Position numbers and translations under genes: made by a program. Of a stretch of 64,000 bases of DNA, positions 25,934 through 36,432 are shown piece by piece. The notes beneath the pieces were generated by a model that had not been told where the DNA came from, did not search any database, and was given only the letters and a program-made list of their open reading frames with translations. Origin of the DNA: Octopus vulgaris (taxonomy: Eukaryota); the NCBI GenBank assembly GCA_951406725.2, contig OX597826.1, forward strand, positions 22,134,001-22,198,000, written 5' to 3'. Each line of letters opens with the position of its first letter. Position 1 is the first letter of the stretch.

Positions 25934-26358
25934 AACCTGGGAGAGACAAATATACACGAGGCGTCTGTATCGATGCCTACGGAATATCTGTCTTAAAATT
26001 TTCAAGACTGACGTATTCGCGCCAAACTTATCAGCAGTAAATATAAAGAGTTATGGCTGCTCTTTCTGGTGGACGAATGACCTGTTAGGGTCACTCCTAA
26101 ATTGTTATATTTATATATTTAGTCGTTGACTATTTTCTCTTTTCCACCAGGCCGCTGGTAGCGATAAATTTCTATTGAATTTTTTTGCTACCCTAAATTG
26201 ACTAATTGATAATTTTCTGAATAATTCTGAGATTGAATCGGCAGTTTATATTTACTGCTGATAAGTTTGGCGCGAATACGTCAGTCTTGAAAATTTTAAG
26301 ACAGATATTCCGTAGGCATCAATACAGACGCCTCGTGTATATTTGTCTCTCCCAGGTT

Positions 26359-26456
26359 TTTTACTGATGAAGTGTAACCTATGGTAGATTAGCTTAATTT
26401 AATTTAATTAAGCTAATTTAATCATTAATGACACAGAAACGTTGCAACGTCTAAAA
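26359..26456 (+). ncRNA. Type I hammerhead ribozyme, inverted unit
   Basis: CTGATGA at 26364-26370, GAAA at 26436-26439, palindromic helix III at 26440-26449, TC at 26450-26451. Confidence 0.85.
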
Positions 26457-27328
26457 GATGAATTAGGGTAAATGTTTTTAAATTTTCACCTAATTTCTGA
26501 ATTACTACTACTTGGCGGTGTGAGTTATGGCTGCTCTTTCTGGTGGACGAATGACCTGTTAGGGTCACTCCTAAATTGTTATATATATATATATATATAC
26601 ATACACACACACACACATTCCCAAATATATACACAGCCCAAACATACTAATATGTATCAACAAACTGTTACACAAATAAATTCTAAAACAAAAATGAAAA
26701 TAGTTACAGGTACGCTGAGACATAAACCATACAAACGAATATAATCGTACGATATGAAAATGAAGGTATAACATCGAGTGATGTTATACAGACACACACA
26801 AATAAGCATACATATACACATAATTACACTGGAAGTTAATCAAAGGGAAGGCAGTGATAAGGAACTGTGTGATTCCTTGTCTTGGTTGTTGGGGTAGGGG
26901 AGAGAAACAAGGGAAGATAAATACAAAAACTGATATCACTCTCTCTCTCTCTCTCTCTCTTCAATCAACTTAATTGTGATGATGAGAATTTCATTTAACT
27001 GGAATATTTCTACATTTCAAACATTTCACTATTTTAATTAGAAAATGAAATGTGCATGCATGTTTATGTGCATATCCTTGTTTGGATAACAATTGGTATT
27101 GTTGTGTCCTGTAACTTAGAAGTTTGCCAAATAGAGATTAAGTGCCACATTGAGATTAAGTGCCATCAATATAATGGATTAAACTCTTGAAATACAGAGC
27201 TCCTGCTTGGGCTCACTCCAAACACTGAAACCAATTAAAGGATGTAAAAAAATACCAGAAGGTAATAAACAAATTCTAAAACTAAATGGCCTTTCAATTT
27301 CCAGCCAAAACTATATTAAAATACTTAC

Positions 27329-27359
27329 TAGACAGCTGATGGAACCTTGTCTGCTGATC
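27329..27359 (-). CDS. 31-nt host gene exon (probably GSADKVPSAV)
   Basis: Long U tract plus cacag acceptor; TA|gtaagt donor; phase 1-2 fits neighbours. Confidence 0.62.
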
Positions 27360-27729
27360 CTGTGTGAAAAAATAAATAAAATAAAACAAAATAAAAAAGT
27401 AAAAGTACATTAGCCATTCTAAACAAATTAATGTAATGGTCTCAATATAACCAATAAATAACACAGTAATGAGTAAGCAGGTAGAATTTTCATATAAGTG
27501 CTTTAAATCCACATCAACTGGTAGACAGTTGCAGACAGCTTCAACTGTCTGACCTATCCTCCCATTCAACTCTTCTACCAATTAGAAGTATTTTCTGTGC
27601 CTTTCTGAGTGTTACTGACAGGTTTTGAAAATAGTCCTTATTTAACTTTTATTAAAATTCTTACTTAGCTACTTTAACATTTCAATTAATTTTGAACAGT
27701 AATAATTCCTATAATTTAGTAGCTTTTTC

Positions 27730-27776
<47 letters not shown>

Positions 27777-27802
27777 CACAATTTTGTTGATAAAGATCAT
27801 TG

Positions 27803-28144
27803 TCTCTTTTACTCGTTTCAGTCATTTAAATATGGCCATACTGGAGCACTACCTTTAGCCAAACAAATCGACCCCAGGATTTATTCTTTGTAAGCCTAGT
27901 ACTTATTCCATTGGTCTCTTTTGCCAAACCACTAATTTACAGGGATGTAAACACACCAGCATCAGTTGTCAAACAATGGTGGGGGGACAAACACAGACAC
28001 ACAAACATACACACTCATACACATATATGTATATATGATGTATATATATATATATATGTCTGTGTGTGTGTGTGTATATATATATGTGTGTGTATATATA
28101 TATATATGTGTGTATATATATATATGTGTGTGTATATATATATA

Positions 28145-28190
<46 letters not shown>

Positions 28191-28348
28191 GATTCTTTCA
28201 GTTTCTGTCTACCAAATCCACTCACAAGGCTTTGGTCGGCCCAAGGCAATAGTAGAAGACACTTGCCCAAGGTGCCACACAGTGGGACTGAGCCAGGACC
28301 CCTGTGGTTGGTAAGCAAGCTACTTACCACACAGCCACTTCTGCACCT
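27803..28348 (-). mobile_element. tRNA-derived SINE with expanded internal microsatellite
   Basis: Reverse complement of the 24705-25114 family. Confidence 0.85.
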
Positions 28349-28364
28349 ATCTGTCTACAAAGAC

Positions 28365-29140
28365 AATATACATACAGTTCGGAGTTAGTGTAGAATTATT
28401 TATGAAGATCTGAATGTGTGCAAAATTTGTGCAAAGTTTGTTCCCAGGATGCTCAATGAAGAATAGAAGAAAAGACACATTGGTGACAGTAGCGAGATGG
28501 CTGAGTTCATTACCTCAAATCCAAGTGTACTTGAGTCTGTAGTGACCCGATCCAGAGACGAAGAAACAGAGTGTCCAACAAAAGCATCTTGGCTCCTCCA
28601 GGCCCCAGAAGGGGAAGCAAGTCCATCGGGAAGCTCATGATGATCCCCTTTTTCAACAGCAAGAGCATCATCTACATTGAGTGAATTCCCTCTGGCCAGC
28701 GTCAATAATGTGTACTTTCTAGAAGTTTTGAAGGAGTTCAGTAAGAAATTTTGTTGCAAAAAGCCAGAGGTCTTCTGCATCAGTTCACAATTCCATCCTG
28801 GTAACCAACTGCTCAATAGAGAAGGGCAGCGAAACCACCCCTCACCCTCCCTGCAGTCCAGACCTTGCTCCCTCTGACTTTTGGTTGTTCCCCAAGCTGA
28901 AGGAAAACCTCAGGGGTCAGTTGTTTTGAAGGCAATGATAAAAAGGAAGAAACTGCAACAAAGGTCCTAGCCATTTTCCTTTTGGAGGACTTCAATAAGG
29001 GCTTTTATGAAGTGGGTGGGGTGCCACGGTGCCATATGAAGCCAGAAAATCCTACTTTGGAGAAGATTAGGTTTTTGTACTTCTTTGGAACTTAAATGTG
29101 TCTCCTGAAAATGTCTCAAAATTTGTGGAATGCACCTTGT
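28365..29140 (+). mobile_element. Degenerate 5'-truncated mariner
   Basis: KICAKFVPRML and HPPCSPDLAPSDFWLFPKLK motifs. Confidence 0.8.
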
Positions 29141-29324
29141 GCGCATGTGCGTGCACACACACACACACATATATATAGAGCACTTCAGTCTCTGCTCCAC
29201 AACCATGTTAATCTCTACTTAGACACAATACATTGTCTATCCATCATCCAGACTGTACTCACAATCCTAAGCCCTACACTAGATTTTACATCCGGCCCTT
29301 TCCCTCCACCATAATTATTATTAT

Positions 29325-29520
29325 TATTATTCATTTAACATCTGTCTTCCATGCTGGCATGTGTTGGACAGTTTGTCAGGAGCTGACAAATTGCACTCTG
29401 CTGCACTGTCTGCTTTGGCATGGTTTCTATGGCTTGATGCCCTTCTTAACACCAACCACATTACAGAGTGAACAGGGTGCTTTTTATAGTGTACCAATAG
29501 GGCTGCCAAGTAATTTGCAA
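29325..29520 (-). mobile_element. RTE 3' tail fragment
   Basis: atttaacatctgtcttccatgctggcatg..gatgcccttctt matches the RTE tail. Confidence 0.65.
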
Positions 29521-29789
29521 AACATAGACTTCCCAGTCGGGAGAGGGAGTGGAACTGCTGGAAGTAACTTTGTGCTAGGGGCAAAAGGTTAGAGTATAAT
29601 AGGGAGACAGAGATAGGGGCCTTACTATAGAGGAGATACTTGGCTACTGCAATAAGAAATGAGAGGAAAGGAAAGAGTGACAGAGTTAGAGAGAAAAGCT
29701 ACTATTAAAATGAAAACACAAGTAGTCATCAGACAGAATCAAAAGAATAATTAATTGAATGACCTGACCTTCAGCAACAGTTTCCTTAC

Positions 29790-29796
29790 CTGCAAG
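29790..29796 (-). CDS. Possible 7-nt microexon (or 28-nt exon 29769-29796)
   Basis: ctttcttttatttctag|CTTGCAG|gtaagg; bridges phase 0 to phase 1 between the flanking exons. Confidence 0.5.
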
Positions 29797-29921
29797 CTAG
29801 AAATAAAAGAAAGGTACAGTTAAGAGATTGTTTAAAATTAAACAAAAGAATCAGACATAAAGTTTTCAAATATAAAAATATTTTTCTTACACCTCTTTTT
29901 CTGGAATTATCAGGATTTCTG

Positions 29922-30032
29922 TCAGTACTCAACTGGTACTCATTTTATCAACCCCAAAAGGATGAAAGGCAAAGTTGGCCCCAACGGAATTTGAATTCAA
30001 AATATAAAAAGCTGGAAGAAACACTGCTAAGT
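29922..30032 (-). mobile_element. SINE fragment (family of 228-420)
   Basis: aggatgaaaggcaaagtt..cggaatttgaa. Confidence 0.65.
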
Positions 30033-31084
30033 ATAATAATAATAATTTTCGAAGAGTCCTACCGAATTCTATTTAGCTTTCATGTGTTGTTGGAATCCCC
30101 TTCTGCTGGGTTCACTCCTGATCCAGCATTCAATTACCATTCGGTTTGCCTCCTTATCCTACTTTCTCTGCCTCTGGTTTTGTGTATAAGCAGTCTCTGG
30201 ATGATAACCAGCCCTGCACTGCTCAACCACAGGGCACTTGCCAGGCAAAAGGCTTTCACCTTTGGTTCCAGCCTCATTAACACCATTAATTCATACATTT
30301 GTATTAGACATCTTCATTCAACATTGAGGAATGTGCTTTAAGGTTAGCTACCAACCAATATTTTTATCAAGTCACCATCTCTAGTAAGATTGGCAACCAA
30401 GACTGCAGAGTTCTTACTAACCCATAAGTTGGGCCTGTTCCCTTCACATTTCTGTGTGTAATCCCAGGCATGGAACCGTTGGACACTGATATGTTGTCAC
30501 CTCTGTGACAAAGGAGTCCTATCTGCCCCAGTTTTAAATCAGTGTTCCTTCTCCTAGACAGACTACCAACCAAGGCTTACGGGTTCTGCCTACCCGTTTT
30601 CAGAATGGCCATTGACTCTTCTGAGTTCCTTTACCTTTTGCCAGGTTTTGGTTTTAATTCCACAAGGTGCCAAAAATCCCACCCTCTTAACCAAGCAAGC
30701 TTTGTGGGGTTGCCAGTTTAGTCATTGATGACTTGATGGTTTCACAATGCCACTTGTTAATCATTCTGGGTAATTATTTACTTGCTTATTATTTTAATTT
30801 CACTATTACTACTATAATCCCTATCTTATCATTTACTTGTTCACTCCTATGGTTTCACAAATTTTACTGTACTTATATTATTACTGTAAGGCCGAGGGGT
30901 CCTGATATTGTCTCTCCTGATTTCTTTGGACAACAAATGATGGCAAATTTATGGCCGTTGGTTTAGCTACTGCTGATGCTGCAGCATTAAATAGGGGAGC
31001 AGGGTTGTTGTGTCTACTAATACAGATTATTTGATTGGACTGCTAGTTGACATGACTGACAGTGGATTGGGGGCAGGTGGGAGG

Positions 31085-31345
31085 GGATTTCGGGTCCTTG
31101 GAAACAGTATCAAAAGACATCAAGAGGAATATAAAGGAAATTGGAATAGAGTGCCCAGTAGAACTGTTACAAAAGTTTTGTCTCCCTGGCACGGCTAGAA
31201 TAATCAGGAAATTATTAGATTAACTGAAAAGAGCAAATAGCATGGTACCATAGGCTGCAGGTAGTAGCCTACTATGCATGCAAGACCTCAGGAGCGCCAA
31301 CAAACATGTAATAGAGATACTGCTGCTACTACTACTACTAACGAC
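31085..31345 (+). mobile_element. R4/Dong-like LINE extreme 3' end
   Basis: Translates GSLETVSKDIK..IGIECPVELLQKFCLPGTARIIRKLLD*, then a short UTR and trinucleotide tail. Confidence 0.65.
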
Positions 31346-31354
31346 AACAACAAC

Positions 31355-31722
31355 AACAAGAGCACTCAGAGAGCGCAAACTTCCGCCAAAGCAACACCAA
31401 TGTCCTCTCAATGCTTAGCCAGAAATGATTTTTAAAATGAGAATATCTGAAATAAACTCGACTGCTCTCACAAATGAGAATACTAAAAATGAAGCCGACC
31501 ACTCTCAATAATTAAGTAAAAAAACTGGAAAAATAATCCGGAATTCTTGTCTGGTACTAGATTGATCCCAAAATCTAATCAGTTTGTGCCAATCATGAGG
31601 CCAAACATCCCTGAAAGTTTCATCCGAATCCATCCAGTGGTTCTTGAGATATCTTGTCCAGGGACAAACAAATAAACACGACTGAAAACAATTCCTCCAC
31701 CTTCGCTAAGGCGGAGGTAATA
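31355..31722. mobile_element. Helentron-associated (HINE/DINE-1-like) non-autonomous element
   Basis: Subterminal inverted repeat acttccgcc/ggcggaggt; terminal hairpin cctccacctt-cgct-aaggcggagg; short acaaa repeat. Confidence 0.55.
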
Positions 31723-32273
31723 AGACACTGGCTCTCATAGCTTCTGATCTTAACTGATTGGAAGTGTTATCATGTACATGTTTTGTGCTACAGCAAATAT
31801 TCTGCTCAATACCACAGATTTGCTTGTCAGTTGCTTGACCTTAACCAGTTGAGCATGTCCCTTAATATCTGATGATATGTGCTGCTCTGATCATGAGCAG
31901 AAGTAATAGGGGAGCATAATAGCTATGTGTTGAGAGGAATTCTTTGAGGTGTGAATAATTCATATCTGGAAACATAGGTGTTTCATTCAACATCCTAAAA
32001 GAACCCTTATTCAGGGACCTTTTGAGTGGGATGGGCTACTCAACCTGAAAAAAATTCTAACTGGGTCCCACTTGCAAGGTCATGCACTGTTTATCCATTT
32101 TGGTACCATAACTACATTAAAAGGAGAAATCATCATCATCATCCACCGCCACCGCCACCATCACTATTATTATTTAACATCCACAACGAGGTTTAGCTAA
32201 GTAGCTAATTAAGAGAAATATAAAAAATGCAATAAATGATAATGCTGATAGGAAAATTAATTAAGATTCTTAC

Positions 32274-32337
32274 ACTTTCTGACATTGCTAATTGAGATGA
32301 GCTTTCACCAACTAAAGGACCAGATGTAATGCTGTCT
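32274..32337 (-). CDS. Host gene exon DSITSGPLVGESSSQLAMSES
   Basis: attgcag acceptor, gtaaga donor, phase 2-0 matching exon 36161-36432. Confidence 0.72.
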
Positions 32338-33022
32338 CTGCAATATATAAAACAATTCATTTTATTTACATTTTTATCAAAATATAAACACTAGGTCAAT
32401 ACTTATTACTTTGCAGACTGTAGGATGGTAAAGTTTTTGTCCATTGAAAATGCTGCTTTTAATATTAAATTTATTCAAAGAGTCTTTGAAAGCATTATAA
32501 AACTATTTACTTTATTTTGATCTTCAGAAAAATAGATGATATAGTATTTTTAATTGAACACTTAATGATTAATCTTTTAATATTCTTCAGCTAAAAAATG
32601 TTTATTTAAGAAAGAATTTAATCTCTACCAACTCATTTTATATATATATATATACACACACACACATGTATATTCTTTCATTCTTTTACTTGTTTCAGTC
32701 ATTAGACTGTAGCCATGCCGGAGCACCACCTTAAAGGGATTTTTAGTCAAAGAAATCAACTCTAGGACTAATTCTTTGTAAGCCTGCTACTTATTCTTTC
32801 AGTCTTTTTTTGCTGAACTGCTAAGTTATGGGGATATAAATGTACCAACATCAGTTTTGAAGCAATGGTGTGGGCACAAACACAGACACACACACATAAA
32901 TAAATATATAAATACACACATACACTCACACATACATACACACACATATATATATACACATACACACACACATACATACACATATATATATATACACATA
33001 CACACATACATACATGCACATA

Positions 33023-34629
33023 CAGTTGCGGCCAAAATGTTCAGAATAGCATTGTTTTCGCCAGAAAAGTAGGTATAAGTTTTTATCAAAGTTGTTTTAT
33101 ATTTTATAATTTTCACAGACAATAAATACAATATTAATTGTTATTGTCTGAGATTTTGGTGTAATTTGAGAGGATAATACAAAAGTTATGGATGATTTAG
33201 TGATTTACTGCAAAACCCATGGCAGCCAAAATGATCAGAACGGTTGCTTTTACTCCATGTTATAGTATATTTAACCGGCGAACTCTAATGTTTTGAATTT
33301 GTTTACATGACAGTTCGTTTACTAAACATTAGTAAGAATATCTGCAGTGTACTTTGTTAATATAATGCCACTTACTCCATTATCAATTCGTCAGCAGGAT
33401 AATTTAAGTATTGGGTCTATTGCAAAGATTGTTAAGAAGTCAAAAAGTGTTGTTCACGGTATTCTTAAGGTTTTCGATGATTGTGGTTCGTGTGAAGCAA
33501 GAAAGTCTACAGATAGGCCAAGAAAAACGACCAAGAGAGAAGATCATGCTATGGTAAAGTTGGTTAAAAAGGACAGATTTAAAACTGCTGCTGGTGTTTC
33601 TCGGGAAATGAGCATTGTACTGAAGAAAACGTTATCTCGAAAAACTTGTCTCATCGTTTAGTTGAACATAACCTACAAGCAAGATCATCAGCAGTGAAGC
33701 CACTGATCAGCTCCAAGAATAAAAAGTGTCGTCTTACCTTTGCAACCGAACATGTGTTGTGGTCTCAAGAAAAATAGCAAACGGAGCATTTCAGTGATGA
33801 ATCTAAGTTTATGTTATTTGGCTAAGATGGGAAAAGGTACGTTCGTTGAAAAGTAGGTGAAAAATTGTCGCCTAAATGCCTTAAGACTAGTGTTAAATTC
33901 GGTAGAGGAAGTGTCATGGTTTGGGGGATGATATCTGGAGATGGTGTGGGCCCTTTGGTGCAATTACATGGAAAGGTAAATGCAGGAGTTTATAAACAAC
34001 TTGTAAAAGATCATGTCTTGCCTGTGCTGAGAAATTCAACTAAGCGATCACCCATATTCATGCAGGACAATGCCCCATGTCACAAGGCTATGGTGGTCAT
34101 GAACTTCCTCAAGGCTGAAAAGGTTATTATCATGGATTGGCCTGCTCAAAGCCCAGATCTCAATCCTATTGAAAATGTGTGGAATATTCTAGGAGAACGT
34201 TCGAAAGCCAGAAAACCTAAAACAACCAAGCAATTATGGTATGTCCTTCAGGAAGAATGGAATAAGATCACCTAGCAAGAAATTGAAAATTTAATTTCCT
34301 CATGCAGTTGAAGATGTCAAAGTGTGATTGAAGCTTAAGGGCTTCACACTAAATATTAAATAATTCCAGTATTCTCTGTCATTTTTGATTATTTTGTTAT
34401 TTTTTCAACCGTTCTGATCATTTTGGCCGCCATGGGTTTTGCAGTAAATCACTAAATCATCCATAACTTTTGTATTACCCTCTCAAATTACACCAAAATC
34501 TAAGACAATAACAATTAATATGGTATTTATTGTCCGTGAAAATTATAGAATATAAAACAACTTTGATAAAAACTTAAACCTACTTTTCTGGCGAAAACAA
34601 TGCCATTCTGAACATTTTGGCCGCAACTG
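33023..34629 (+). mobile_element. Full-length Tc1-like (DD34E) transposon with ~224-bp IR/DR-type TIRs; transposase has stops
   Basis: TA|cagttgcggccaaaatgttcagaa...ttctgaacattttggccgcaactg|TA; inner repeat gccaaaatgatcagaa; FSDES, QDNAPCH and SPDLNPIE with 34 residues between D and E. Confidence 0.95.
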
Positions 34630-34698
34630 TATATATACACATACACTCACACATACATACACATATATATACACATACACACACACACATATACACAT

Positions 34699-34733
<35 letters not shown>

Positions 34734-35026
34734 GTTAATAATAAAAACAATTAGATAAATAGCCTGAGGACACTCTTTTTTCAAATAATTTTATTGAATT
34801 TTATAGTAGGTTTTAAATGCTTATATTATTTTATTGGATATAACTTTCTATGTGTATTCCATACAATAAGGTTGTCCTGAAATAGGAGTTGTGGTTCTAT
34901 TGGTAAAATCCCAAATTTGTAATAATATTATAAATGATACAGTTTACATTGCATTAGTAAAGTGTAAAATAGTAAATATCCTGATAACTTGGAATACTTA
35001 CTATTCCCTAAGATCTTAAATTTAAA

Positions 35027-35076
<50 letters not shown>

Positions 35077-35456
35077 TTAGAGATAAAACCATTATTAGGC
35101 AAATCAAACAGTGAAAAACAAAAAACAAAACATAGAAATAAAATTAATTTATATAATATACAAAATATATAAAATATAAAATTCAAAATTTAAAATATTT
35201 AAATTTAAAGTTAAAATTTAAAAAAAATTTTTAATTATTAATTTATACTTATAAATGTATATATATATATATACAAAATAAGAAAATGGAGGAATAGATT
35301 TCTTTCAATCATCAACGACTAGATAATACCAATTCATATAATTTATTAACCAATTATTTAGGAGCATCCAGATCAAACAGAATAATACAGAATAAACCAG
35401 TACACATCAATAAGTAAGATAATACCATAAGAACAATACATATAAATATAAAATGG

Positions 35457-35578
35457 ATCTTACAGCTGTTTCAGCCTGTAGATAAAAGTATCTCTTTATG
35501 CTCATATTAGTCAGATGTATTGAGGTAATATGCAGTTATAATGAGTTACTTATATATATATAAGGCCTCGTCAGAGAT
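35457..35578 (-). ncRNA. Type I hammerhead ribozyme in an AT-rich (TA)n-embedded repeat
   Basis: atct-CTGACGA-ggcct..(large loop)..aggct-GAAA-cagctg-TA-agat. Confidence 0.78.
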
Positions 35579-36160
35579 TATAAAGTACAGTTATAAAGGT
35601 ATAAAATGAAGATATAAAGTGAAAATATGAATATTAAAGAAGGTACACATATACAAGAATAAGTATATATACATACATACATATACATATAAGTGCATAT
35701 ACACCCACATATACATATATATAAGTATATACATAATAATAATATACATACACATAAGGTTACAGTTAATCAAATCTATATACTGGAATATACATACATA
35801 GTCCAGAGTTCATTGTATTACATTACAAAAGACTATTAATATTATTATTATTATTAATAATACCAATAAAAGAATATGTGCATTCTGCTATTCACAATAC
35901 ATAGTAGATGGAAAATACCACATAAAATACAGCATAATACAATACAGTATAGCACGCCAGTAAATTACTTAATTCAATATAATATATTCAATAAAATAAT
36001 GCCAAACAATATATAATGTCATAATATACTATGTCATTATAATTATATCTTATACTGCTAAAAACGACAATTTAGTATAAATCTACATACATATACACAC
36101 AGGTACCAATTAACATCAACTAAAATCATAGAAAGATGGAACAATGAAACTGTAACTTAC

Positions 36161-36432
36161 ACAACAGTCTGCCCCTCCTGCAGAGCATAGCTCATGTGGC
36201 CCTCTTTTGGTGGTGCAGGGCTAAAAGATGGAGCAAACTGCTGTGATTCATCAATTTTTCTATAATGTAAAACATCTGAAGCTTGTGATTGCTGGTAGAG
36301 AGGAAACATTAATCTCTTAACATGCTTTGCAGTTATATTAAGTTTAGGTGGTGATAATGTCCAAAAATACAGGTCATCATTGAGCATTGTTGGGACTTCG
36401 TTTCCTTCAATTGTGATCTGAAGCTCAGAAAG
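36161..36432 (-). CDS. Host gene exon LSELQITIEGNEVPTMLNDDLYFWTLSPPKL...QEGQTV
   Basis: tatttcag acceptor, gtaagt donor, 272-nt open frame overlapping ORF 36157-36387. Confidence 0.8.

Larger units (their letters stand above)
25138..26584. mobile_element. 474-bp non-coding unit, tandem (25138-25611, 25612-26047) plus inverted (26048-26584); retrozyme/Penelope pLTR-like
   Basis: Exact 474-bp period in both orientations; copies nearly identical; one hammerhead per unit; (TA)n flanks. Confidence 0.9.

Noticed and set aside
25138-26047. Regular repeats as a possible CRISPR array or satellite
   Set aside because: No unique spacers, eukaryotic context and only ~3 units; better explained as a hammerhead retroelement
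26254-26286. Second hammerhead-like string actg-CTGATAA-gtttggcgc-GAAT-acgtcagt in the 474-bp unit
   Set aside because: Two essential core positions deviate (G8 and the GAAA box) and helix II is weak; at most a relic
27196-27650. Additional small exon candidates (27196-27224, 27256-27275, ~27579-27636)
   Set aside because: Several mutually incompatible phase solutions; cannot be resolved without transcripts
27911-28330. ORFs rich in YI/CV/HT repeats (also 6715, 19336, 32768, 47918)
   Set aside because: Translations of (TA)n, (TG)n and (CA)n microsatellites
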